From: a virus
DNA: 37,486 nt
Virus record (IMG/VR): IMGVR_UViG_3300045988_155952
Coordinates: 1-37,486 of that record
Reading direction: 5' to 3' (one strand)
Of the stretch, positions 1 through 6,683 are shown piece after piece (position 1 is the first letter of the stretch; the number at the start of each line of letters is the position of its first letter). The notes beneath the pieces are model-generated. The model did no database searches and was not told where the DNA came from. It saw only the letters and a list, made by a program, of their open reading frames with translations. Made by a program: the position numbers and the translations under genes.

Positions 1-119
1 AAATCAAGAAATATTAAAATAGTTACATCAAGTGTTGCAAGAAGTTTAATAGGAAATAGTATAGAATATGGTACTGTGAATGATAGCAACCATATTATTG
101 TTACTAATTACGGAAAGAT
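1..119. repeat. Terminal overlap copy A, identical to 37368..37486
   Basis: Base-by-base comparison of the first 119 nt with the last 119 nt shows no mismatch. Confidence 0.97.
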
Positions 120-657
120 TTTTCAAAATTCTACAGAGTTTAAATATATAGGTTTTGTAAGTGATTTAAATAAGTTGCCCAATTTATATGATGGAAATAA
201 AGTTACTTTATCTAGATATGGTTCTAATACTCCTGGTGCACCAAATACATCTGGAGGATGGATGCTTACATTTAAAGATAAGAAGGATAATTCAAACACA
301 TATACTGTTAATATAGCATTTTCTATTGGTAATACAGTAAATCATATTTATAAACAAACCTTTAATAACTCAATTAATTTGTGGAACACTTGGGTTCAAT
401 TGACGGGTATAACCATTGCTGGACACAATGTTAATATAAATAGACCTATTACTGAATATCCGATAGATACTGTTACGATTAATAGAATACCTAGTGGAAG
501 CTCTGAGATAACTAATAATAAAGCAGCTGTATACAAAACATATAGATTTAGCAATGATGAATATTCTTATCAAGAGATAGAGGATTTAGCTACGCATGCT
601 AAAAGATATAGAAACTGGAGTGTTAGTATAAATAACTGGGGTTCAATAATTCAGTGA
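1..657 (+). CDS. Tail fibre / receptor-binding protein, C-terminal part (same gene as 36222..37486, read across the junction)
   Basis: Frame 1 is open from nt 1 to the TGA at 655-657. Position 37368 (= nt 1) is in frame with the ATG at 36222, giving one ORF of 1,803 nt (600 aa). The GTG at 76 in the ORF track is an internal codon. Confidence 0.85.
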   Translation, partial: KSRNIKIVTSSVARSLIGNSIEYGTVNDSNHIIVTNYGKIFQNSTEFKYIGFVSDLNKLPNLYDGNKVTLSRYGSNTPGAPNTSGGWMLTFKDKKDNSNTYTVNIAFSIGNTVNHIYKQTFNNSINLWNTWVQLTGITIAGHNVNINRPITEYPIDTVTINRIPSGSSEITNNKAAVYKTYRFSNDEYSYQEIEDLATHAKRYRNWSVSINNWGSIIQ

Positions 658-671
658 AATAAATAAAGGAA

Positions 672-699
672 TTACCAAAAAAAAGTAGAATAGTATAGT
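672..699 (+). promoter_or_regulatory. Candidate sigma-A-type promoter for the RES-domain gene
   Basis: TTACCA (672-677), a 16-nt spacer, then TATAGT (694-699). It lies in the 68-nt gap after the tail-fibre stop, about 27 nt upstream of the ATG at 726. Confidence 0.45.
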
Positions 700-725
700 A
701 AATAGTTCTATGAGGTGAAGTAAAT

Positions 726-1520
726 ATGAATAAACCTGTGTTATTTGGACATTCAACATTTGTAAAAAGTGATGATTTAATATTAAATAGTATTGATCCA
801 TTAGACTTATTGAAAAGACTAGAATACTTTAGAAAAATAGATAAGAAAAATATTGATATAAATGAATTACAGAAATACATTTGTAGTACAATAGTTGCTC
901 ATTGCAATTTTTATAGAGAATATAAAAAAGGAATTAGCTTGTATAGATTAAGGGAAGTTGAATCTGAATATTATACTGAAAAGAAGGATTTAATTTATCC
1001 TCCTTCAAATAAAAGCACGTTAGGAAGATTAAATAGGAAAAATCAAAGTATGTTGTATGTATCTTTAGATTCGATAACTCCATTTTATGAGATTAAAAAT
1101 CTTAAAAGTGGTGATAAATTATGCTTAATAGAGTATGAGATAATTTCTGATGAATTTGTAGCTTCTGTAATAGGTGAAGAGGGTGAATTCCCAGAAAACT
1201 ATCTCAATCATACTGGTTTGATAAATCATAAGATTATTGAACAATTTTTATGCACAGAGATTACCAAAGAAGTAGGAAATGAATATAAATATATTTACAA
1301 TATAATAAACTTTTTAGCCGATACTTATTATAATATTCCAAAAACTATAGGGTATGAGTATCCTTCAGTGGTAAATAACAATAAGATTAATTTAGCAATT
1401 TTCCCAAAGGATGCAGATGATAAGATTAGAATAAAAGAAGTGAAAAACATAATATTCGAAGGATTTGTAGATGAAATTCCCAAATATGAGATTATATCAA
1501 CGAATAATTCTATTAGATAG
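726..1520 (+). CDS. RES-domain protein (NAD+-utilising toxin fold) with an unassigned N-terminal region of about 95 aa
   Basis: The RES hallmarks occur in order: LYRLRE, then GRLNRKNQSMLYVSLDSITPFYEI (Arg and Glu), then GYEYPSVVNNNKINLAIFP (Ser). The RBS GAGGTG sits upstream of the ATG. Confidence 0.8.
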   Translation: MNKPVLFGHSTFVKSDDLILNSIDPLDLLKRLEYFRKIDKKNIDINELQKYICSTIVAHCNFYREYKKGISLYRLREVESEYYTEKKDLIYPPSNKSTLGRLNRKNQSMLYVSLDSITPFYEIKNLKSGDKLCLIEYEIISDEFVASVIGEEGEFPENYLNHTGLINHKIIEQFLCTEITKEVGNEYKYIYNIINFLADTYYNIPKTIGYEYPSVVNNNKINLAIFPKDADDKIRIKEVKNIIFEGFVDEIPKYEIISTNNSIR

Positions 1521-1560
1521 TAATTGACCGAAAGGACGACATAATTAAATAAAAGATTTA

Positions 1561-1596
1561 AGAGAGATTTAGAGGAATTCTAAGTCTCTTTTTTAA
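1561..1596 (+). terminator. Intrinsic terminator after the RES gene
   Basis: AGAGA..TTAGA / TCTAA..TCTCT interrupted stem, followed by TTTTTT. Confidence 0.6.
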
Positions 1597-1618
1597 TGCA
1601 AAGAAAACGAGGTGTGAA

Positions 1619-1822
1619 ATGGAAAGTGAATTAATTAAAGTAATGACTAATCAAGGGGCATGGGCGTTGTTATTTTTATTTATGCTTATTTATGTGCTTA
1701 AAACTACAGGGGAAAGAGAAAAAAGATATCAAGGATTATTAGATACGTTGGCTGAAAAATTCAATGTAGTTGAAAATATCGAAGATGATGTGAAGGAAAT
1801 AAAAAATAAATTAAACAAATAA
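1619..1822 (+). CDS. bhlA: BhlA/UviB-family holin-like protein
   Basis: 67 aa with an N-terminal TM segment (GAWALLFLFMLIYVL) followed by ...EREKRYQGLLDTLAEKFNVVE, typical of the BhlA/UviB family. It lies directly upstream of the lysis genes. Confidence 0.75.
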   Translation: MESELIKVMTNQGAWALLFLFMLIYVLKTTGEREKRYQGLLDTLAEKFNVVENIEDDVKEIKNKLNK

Positions 1823-1839
1823 AAGGGAGAGTGTTTTTA

Positions 1840-2028
1840 ATGAAAGAAAGAATTGTAAAAAAGCTAACAAGTGCTAGATTTTTAATGGCTATAATATTCA
1901 CATTAGTTATAAGCTACATGGCTATAACTGGAACTATAAGTGGGGAGCAGTTCGTGCCATTAGCAACAATGGTAGTTGCTTTCTATTTTAGCAGAGATAA
2001 AGAACAAAATCTTAATCAAGAGGGGTAA
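1840..2028 (+). CDS. Small two-TM holin
   Basis: The ATG at 1840 lies 9 nt after the RBS AAGGGAGA; the GTG at 1831 in the ORF track has no spacing to that RBS. 62 aa with two hydrophobic segments and a charged C-terminus, immediately upstream of the endolysin. Confidence 0.7.
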   Translation: MKERIVKKLTSARFLMAIIFTLVISYMAITGTISGEQFVPLATMVVAFYFSRDKEQNLNQEG

Positions 2029-2038
2029 TATCCCCTCT
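2019..2038 (+). promoter_or_regulatory. GC-rich stem-loop AGAGGGG-N6-CCCCTCT overlapping the holin stop
   Basis: Perfect 7-bp stem followed by ATTCTATTTT. The same stem sequence recurs at 18833..18852. Confidence 0.5.
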
Positions 2039-2061
2039 ATTCTATTTTAAGGAGGGATTTT

Positions 2062-2955
2062 ATGTTTGGAATAGATATAAGTAATCATAATAGTTCTATA
2101 GATTTCAATAAAGTTAAAGCTGATGGAGTGGATACTATAATAATGAAAGCCACAGAGGGCGGAAGTTATTTAGACCCAATGCTAGAAGAAAATTATAAAC
2201 AAGCTTTAGATAAGGGATTTAATATTGGATTTTATCATTTCCTTTACGAGTTATCAGATGCAAAAAGACAAGCTAACTGGTTTTGGCAGAATATTAAGGA
2301 TAAAGAATTTAATGTGATTCCAGTTTTAGATGCAGAAAGAAATAACAATAATAAGTTTAATAGGGAAACTTATACTAAGTTTTGTTTAGACTTCCTAGAA
2401 GAATTTAAAAGGTTAAGTGGTATAGAATGTATTCTTTATACTTACACCAGTTTTGCTAATAGCTTAATGGATAGCAGATTAAAGTCTTATAAGCTATGGG
2501 AAGCTAATTACTATACCAATAATGGTCAAAGACATAATAGAAAAGGATTGACTAATATATGGGGCAAGGACATTGTAGGCCACCAGTATACTTCTACAGG
2601 ACGAGTTAATGGTATTGTAACGAATTGCGATCTAAACGACTTTGAGGAAAGTATTCTATTAAACAAGGGGGAAAAGCCACAAGAAAGCAAACCAGTAAAT
2701 AAGGAGGAATCAAAATTGTTAGAACAATGTAAAAGGCAAGTATTAAACTACGGAAATAAAGGAACATATGTATACTTGGCACAAAGTGCTATGAAAGCAT
2801 TAGGATTATATAATGGAGTTGTAGACGGTTCATATGGTCCTTCTAAGGGAAACGGAAGCTTTTATCAAACAGTCGTAAATTTAAATTCTAAGTTAGGATA
2901 TAAAAACGATTCTAGATTAGGACCAGCTTGCTGGACTTATATACTAACCAAGTAG
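2062..2955 (+). CDS. Endolysin: GH25 muramidase with a C-terminal peptidoglycan-binding (PG_binding_1-like) domain
   Basis: The N-terminus FGIDISNHNSSIDFNKVKADGVDTIIMKATEG...FYHF is typical of Glyco_hydro_25. The C-terminus GNKGTYVYLAQSAMKALGLYNGVVDGSYGP resembles PG_binding_1. Confidence 0.9.
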   Translation: MFGIDISNHNSSIDFNKVKADGVDTIIMKATEGGSYLDPMLEENYKQALDKGFNIGFYHFLYELSDAKRQANWFWQNIKDKEFNVIPVLDAERNNNNKFNRETYTKFCLDFLEEFKRLSGIECILYTYTSFANSLMDSRLKSYKLWEANYYTNNGQRHNRKGLTNIWGKDIVGHQYTSTGRVNGIVTNCDLNDFEESILLNKGEKPQESKPVNKEESKLLEQCKRQVLNYGNKGTYVYLAQSAMKALGLYNGVVDGSYGPSKGNGSFYQTVVNLNSKLGYKNDSRLGPACWTYILTK

Positions 2956-2991
2956 TATAATGTATTAGAAAATTTAATTATCTATTTTATC

Positions 2992-3036
2992 AAAGCCAGT
3001 GGGTAGGGAAATTCCTTGCTTACTGGCTTTTTTTAT
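2992..3036 (+). terminator. Intrinsic terminator ending the lysis operon
   Basis: AAAGCCAGT (2992-3000) pairs with ACTGGCTTT (3022-3030), followed by a T-run. Confidence 0.8.
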
Positions 3037-3095
3037 TTTAAAGCTTTATTTATATTCCAAATAGTGGTAAAATATTACTATAAGGTGGTGATGGT

Positions 3096-3293
3096 TTGGT
3101 TAAGAATAAACTTAAAGAAATAAGAATGAAAGAATACATGATGTCTCAAAAGGATTTTGCAACTTTTTTAGATGTTCAAGTTAAAGTTTATTGGAGTTGG
3201 GAAAACAATAAAAGCAAACCAACACTAGAAAAGGCACTTGAGATTGCTAATAAATTAAATAAAAATATTATGGATATATGGTACTTACAATAG
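3096..3293 (+). CDS. XRE-family HTH transcriptional regulator (65 aa)
   Basis: TTG start after AAGGTGGTG. The sequence LKEIRMKEYMMSQKDFATFLDVQVKVYWSWENNKSKP fits the HTH_3 pattern. Confidence 0.75.
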   Translation: MVKNKLKEIRMKEYMMSQKDFATFLDVQVKVYWSWENNKSKPTLEKALEIANKLNKNIMDIWYLQ

Positions 3294-3433
3294 TGAGTAC
3301 TTTTTTTATGCAATTAAAACCATGTCTAATAGAAAAAATCTAAAATAAAACAAATAAAATCTAATATTTTAGGAAACTTTTTATCCTTTAGTACATACAT
3401 ATAAACTATAAAGCAAGACAAAAGAGGTTAAAG

Positions 3434-3601
3434 TTGATTGTTGACTTAATTGAATTGCAAGAAGTAGAGATTAACAAGGTGGTTAATTACATTAAAGAAG
3501 TAGGTAAAAGTAGAATCTATGCAGATACGATTGAATACATTGTATTTTTAAAAGACGGAGGTATGTACTCTATATTCTTAGAGCAGCCTAAACTATATTG
3601 A
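3434..3601 (+). CDS. Hypothetical 55-aa protein, translationally coupled to the FtsK-like gene
   Basis: TTG start 5 nt after the RBS AAAGAGGT. Its TGA stop (3599-3601) overlaps the TTG start at 3598 of the next ORF. It is below the ORF-track length cut-off. Confidence 0.45.
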   Translation: MIVDLIELQEVEINKVVNYIKEVGKSRIYADTIEYIVFLKDGGMYSIFLEQPKLY

Positions 3602-4554
3602 TTTTATATATTAAGTTATTAGCAATGTTCCTATCTGCGTATGGCTCTATTAATTTACTTCTTCCAGAAGAATTTAAAGATAAGCATAAGATAAAAAGTA
3701 AGTTTAGATATTTTATAAAAGAAAAAGACTTAATTACAAAAGTTACAGATAAAGTTACTTTGGAAGATATAGAGATTTATAAATGGGGATTTAAAGCTAT
3801 ATTAGATATAAGTAAGATATGTGCATATGAGGACATTGAAAAACATTCAGATTATCTTAAACAGATGTTTAGGGCTAAAGAAGTAAACATGATAAATAAG
3901 AATGGAACTGCTGAAATTGAAGTATTCAACAAAGATATAGGTGATATTAAATACGAATATGTAGATATGTCGCCCTATGAACTTATATTTGGCTATAACA
4001 AAAAAGGTGAACCAATAACAGTAAATATGAAGAAAACTCCACATATAGGGGTGCAAGGTGCATCTAATAGTGGTAAAAGTAAAATGGTTGAACTAGCCTT
4101 AAGAAACTTAAAGAATAAGGCAGACGTTATTATGCTTAATTGTTTTGAAGATGATTTTATAAGCATACCGGGAAGAAGGATAAACAATAATGAGGATATA
4201 TTAGAATACTTAGAAAGTATTATAGAAGAACCATATATAAGAGAAAGACCACTATATCTATTGTTAGATGAGTTAAATGTACTTGGTAAAGATAAAAAGA
4301 TTAATAAGGCTATTATGGATGTTTTAGCACAAGCTAGACACTTCAATATCTTTCTTATTGCACTTGGCCAAAGTTTATTGAAAGAAAATTGTCCATATAA
4401 ACAGTTATTTAACGTTAGAGTTACATTCAGAGCTATAGATAGAAGCAGTATAAGTGCCTTTTTAGGATGTACTGTAGAAGATACAAGGCTAAATCAAAGG
4501 GAGTTTATTTGTTATTCAGATAGCATTTATAGGGGGAAGTCTTACTTACTATAA
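3598..4554 (+). CDS. FtsK/SpoIIIE/TcpA-family DNA-translocase-like ATPase with an N-terminal TM segment
   Basis: N-terminal hydrophobic helix; Walker A GASNSGKS; Walker B LYLLLDELNVL; AQARHFNIFLIALGQS resembles the FtsK RAxGIHLIxATQ motif. Confidence 0.75.
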   Translation: MILYIKLLAMFLSAYGSINLLLPEEFKDKHKIKSKFRYFIKEKDLITKVTDKVTLEDIEIYKWGFKAILDISKICAYEDIEKHSDYLKQMFRAKEVNMINKNGTAEIEVFNKDIGDIKYEYVDMSPYELIFGYNKKGEPITVNMKKTPHIGVQGASNSGKSKMVELALRNLKNKADVIMLNCFEDDFISIPGRRINNNEDILEYLESIIEEPYIRERPLYLLLDELNVLGKDKKINKAIMDVLAQARHFNIFLIALGQSLLKENCPYKQLFNVRVTFRAIDRSSISAFLGCTVEDTRLNQREFICYSDSIYRGKSYLL

Positions 4555-4559
4555 GTATT

Positions 4560-4715
4560 ATGTTAAGCGAATTGGTCGAAGCTTTCGTGTAGCAAGTGGA
4601 ATGCGTAGTCTTGGAATACAACTTGTTGTTTACAAGCGAAGCATGGAGCGAAGTGGAACGAAAGCTGAGAGCAATCAGGCGAAGCCTAAACTTGATAGTA
4701 GTGGGGTAATTCAAA
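4560..4715. repeat. GC-enriched intergenic region with about 6 copies of a (A/G)GCGAAG-like iteron and small hairpins; candidate oriT/dso
   Basis: Iteron copies: aagcgaa (4565), gtcgaagc (4575), aagcgaagc (4634), gagcgaagt (4646), aacgaaagc (4657), ggcgaagcc (4678). Hairpins: CGAA-gct-TTCG and CTTGT-tgttt-ACAAG. There is no ORF, and the composition clearly departs from the AT-rich flanks. Confidence 0.5.
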
Positions 4716-4718
4716 TCA

Positions 4719-5519
4719 ATGAAAAAAATCGAAAATCTATATAACTTAAAAATAATTACTAGTGGTGATAGATTGGAAATCTACAAGATGAATAATTATT
4801 TAGCAAGAACGGATTTTGAGCGCGAAATCGAAAAATCACAAGATACCAAAGATGATGAAAAAGGTATTCAATCCTTAAAAGATAGAAAAGCTACATTAAA
4901 TAAGGCTAGAAATAACATTATGAGATTAATAAAGTCAAATCCAGATATGACCACCTTTATTACTTTAACATTTAGTAATGTTCCAGACTATAAAAAAAGC
5001 AAACAGTTGTTAAATATATTTTTTACTAAGCTTAGGAGGGATTATACAAATTTAAAGTATATTTGGGTACTTGAATTAGGAGAGAAGAATAAAAGGTTAC
5101 ATTATCATCTATTGACTAATGTTTTAGTTCCTATAAATTTAAGTGGAAACAATGAAACAAAATCATTTGAACATAAGATTTATGAAGAACAATTTAGAAA
5201 ATCTTATTGGGAACATGGCTTTGTAGATATTAGAGATTTAGAACAGGAAGATAATACTAATATAGCTTTATATGTAAGTGCTTATATAGTAAAAAGCTTA
5301 TTAGATATAAACATTGACGGCAGAGTATATGGATATAGTCATAAAACAATAGATCGTCCAGTTGAAACCAAGCTTTATTCAAATTGCAGCATAGAAGAGT
5401 TATTAAATCATTTCAAAGAGTATAAGATTGATTATACAAATAGTTATAAAATTGGCTTTACAGATTGGCAAGGCGAACGAAAAGGGACAGTAACCTATTT
5501 CGATATGAGTAAAAAATAA
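4719..5519 (+). CDS. HUH rolling-circle replication initiator / relaxase-like protein
   Basis: Motif 1 is TFITLTF, motif 2 (HUH) is LHYHLLTN, and motif 3 is ALYVSAYIVKS (catalytic Tyr). The motif order is that of phiX174 gpA / Microviridae VP4-like Reps. Confidence 0.8.
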   Translation: MKKIENLYNLKIITSGDRLEIYKMNNYLARTDFEREIEKSQDTKDDEKGIQSLKDRKATLNKARNNIMRLIKSNPDMTTFITLTFSNVPDYKKSKQLLNIFFTKLRRDYTNLKYIWVLELGEKNKRLHYHLLTNVLVPINLSGNNETKSFEHKIYEEQFRKSYWEHGFVDIRDLEQEDNTNIALYVSAYIVKSLLDINIDGRVYGYSHKTIDRPVETKLYSNCSIEELLNHFKEYKIDYTNSYKIGFTDWQGERKGTVTYFDMSKK

Positions 5520-5540
5520 TTATATAAGGAGAGTTAAATT

Positions 5541-5834
5541 ATGAAAATAAATAATGTAATGTGTTTAGTTAGTTCTAGAGAGGAAAAAATAAATAAGAAT
5601 ACTAATTTGCCTTATTGGACAACAAGTATAGTCACTTTAGATGGTGATGGTACTGCTTTAAATATTACAGTAAAAGAGAGGGAATTGGCAGAAAAGTTAA
5701 AACCTATGTTTAAATACAACCTTAATTTAAGCTTATCAAACAGTCAATATGGTATGAGAGTTGAGTTAGCAGCATTAAATCCAATAGTTAAAGAATTAGG
5801 GTCTATAATAGACGGAATACCACAAGGAAAATAA
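5541..5834 (+). CDS. Hypothetical 97-aa protein (beta-rich; possible OB-fold accessory factor)
   Basis: Good RBS (AAGGAGAG), and the gene follows Rep closely. No diagnostic motif, so the function is speculative. Confidence 0.6.
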   Translation: MKINNVMCLVSSREEKINKNTNLPYWTTSIVTLDGDGTALNITVKERELAEKLKPMFKYNLNLSLSNSQYGMRVELAALNPIVKELGSIIDGIPQGK

Positions 5835-5894
5835 TTGACAATTTATGTCTGTATTATACAATATAATATATAGATAATAAAGGGAGATGATAGA

Positions 5895-6095
5895 ATGGGA
5901 GAAGTTCAACAAGGAATACAAGCATTTTTAGGGGTAGGCGCATTTGTAGCTCTAATATCAATAGTTTCATTTATTGTATTTATGGTTTGTACAATTTGTA
6001 ATGCAATAAACATACGTAAGATAGCTGTTAATGTAGAAAAAATAGCAAATAGAAAAAGAAAAAAAGAAGAGTTACCACAGCCACAAAAAGACTAG
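5895..6095 (+). CDS. Small single-pass membrane protein with a basic C-terminal tail
   Basis: RBS AAGGGAGATG. The TM segment is GVGAFVALISIVSFIVFMVCTIC, followed by ...NRKRKKEELPQPQKD. Confidence 0.6.
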   Translation: MGEVQQGIQAFLGVGAFVALISIVSFIVFMVCTICNAINIRKIAVNVEKIANRKRKKEELPQPQKD

Positions 6096-6117
6096 GATAA
6101 ATAAATCCTAGTCTTTT
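6086..6117. terminator. Bidirectional intrinsic terminator between convergent genes
   Basis: AAAAGACTAGGAT (6086-6098), loop aaataa, then ATCCTAGTCTTTT (6105-6117): a perfect 13-bp stem whose outer A:T pairs supply the A-run and T-run. Confidence 0.85.
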
Positions 6118-6392
6118 CTTATATACTTATAATATCCATTTATGCAGTGATTAATATATGGTTCTAAATCCTTGTTTATGGCATAATTGGTTTTGATTTG
6201 CGATCTACCTACTAGATAATCTATAGTAACGTTATAATAATCAGCAAGTGCAATAAGCACCTCAACATCTGGATTGCGTTCTCCTGTTTCCCAATACGAG
6301 TATGCTTGCCTACTAACATTTAATAATTTTGCTATATCTTCTTGTCGTAGACCTTTCTCCGTTCGTAATATTTTAAAATTGTTCTTATTCAT
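6108..6392 (-). CDS. XRE-family HTH transcriptional regulator (94 aa)
   Basis: ILRTEKGLRQEDIAKLLNVSRQAYSYWETGERNPDVEVLIALADYYNVTIDYLVG is a classic HTH_3 pattern. The ATG at 6392 is preferred because the GAGGTG RBS overlaps the upstream GTG at 6401. Confidence 0.8.
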   Translation of the reverse strand: MNKNNFKILRTEKGLRQEDIAKLLNVSRQAYSYWETGERNPDVEVLIALADYYNVTIDYLVGRSQIKTNYAINKDLEPYINHCINGYYKYIRKD

Positions 6393-6509
6393 TAAAAACA
6401 CCTCAAGAATATTTTACCAAACAGAGAAATTTTGTCTGCCATTGCAACAAAAAGTGGAATTTTATTAAATAATATTAGGTATAAATAACATTAAGTGGCT
6501 AAGAACACG

Positions 6510-6538
6510 TTGTAATGAGTACATATGTTTGATATAAT
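6510..6538 (+). promoter_or_regulatory. Near-consensus sigma-A promoter (TTGTAA-17-TATAAT)
   Basis: TTGTAA at 6510-6515, an exact 17-nt spacer, then TATAAT at 6533-6538. It points toward the micro-ORF at 6574. Confidence 0.65.
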
Positions 6539-6573
6539 ATTTTAAAAGGTATAGTTGTAAGGGGTGTCTAGAC

Positions 6574-6672
6574 TTGAAGAATTTTAAAGCAAAATTTATT
6601 GAACTTACAAAAAATCTAACAAAAGATGATTTAAAAACTATAATACATAATCTACAAAAAGCACTCAAATGA
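6574..6672 (+). CDS. Candidate 32-aa micro-protein (LKNFKAKFIELTKNLTKDDLKTIIHNLQKALK)
   Basis: TTG start 5-6 nt after the RBS AAGGGGTG. It sits downstream of the consensus promoter and ends in a hairpin plus T-run. The peptide is amphipathic with no signal peptide. Whether it is coding is unproven. Confidence 0.35.
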   Translation: MKNFKAKFIELTKNLTKDDLKTIIHNLQKALK

Positions 6673-6683
6673 GAGTGTTTTTT
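6656..6683. terminator. Short bidirectional terminator shared by the micro-ORF transcript and the integrase gene
   Basis: AAAAA, GCACTC, loop aaatga, GAGTGT, TTTTT. The stem is 6 bp including one G:T pair. Confidence 0.45.

Larger units (their letters stand above)
3096..6119 (+). mobile_element. IME-like DNA-processing / rolling-circle module carried as phage cargo (regulator, FtsK-like ATPase, oriT-like spacer, HUH Rep/relaxase, two small proteins)
   Basis: The gene content and order match the coupling-protein / oriT / RCR-relaxase cores of Tn916 and ICEBs1-type elements. The block is bracketed by strong terminators at 2992..3036 and 6086..6117. Confidence 0.5.

Noticed and set aside
76-657. 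Independent 193-aa ORF starting at the GTG at 76
   Set aside because: The frame is open from nt 1 and continues the ORF that starts at 36222 across the 119-nt overlap. The GTG is an internal Val codon with no RBS.
726-3293. RES protein (726..1520) and the XRE protein at 3096..3293 forming a canonical Xre-RES toxin-antitoxin pair
   Set aside because: The two genes are separated by the whole lysis cassette and two terminators. The XRE gene lies downstream rather than upstream, and at 65 aa it is too short to include the COG5642/DUF2384 neutralising domain.
3096-6119. An integrated filamentous (inovirus-like) prophage: Rep, small ssDNA-binding-like protein, coat-like TM protein and a morphogenesis ATPase
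   Set aside because: The ATPase has an N-terminal TM and FtsK/SpoIIIE-type motifs (ARHFNIFLIALGQS) rather than the Zot/pI architecture, in which an N-terminal P-loop is followed by a TM. The gene order differs, and no adsorption or minor-coat gene set is present. This is retained only as a low-probability alternative.
6108-6672. Arbitrium- or RRNPP-like peptide communication module (regulator plus short peptide)
   Set aside because: The regulator is a 94-aa HTH without a TPR sensor domain. The 32-aa peptide has no signal sequence or hydrophobic leader for export.
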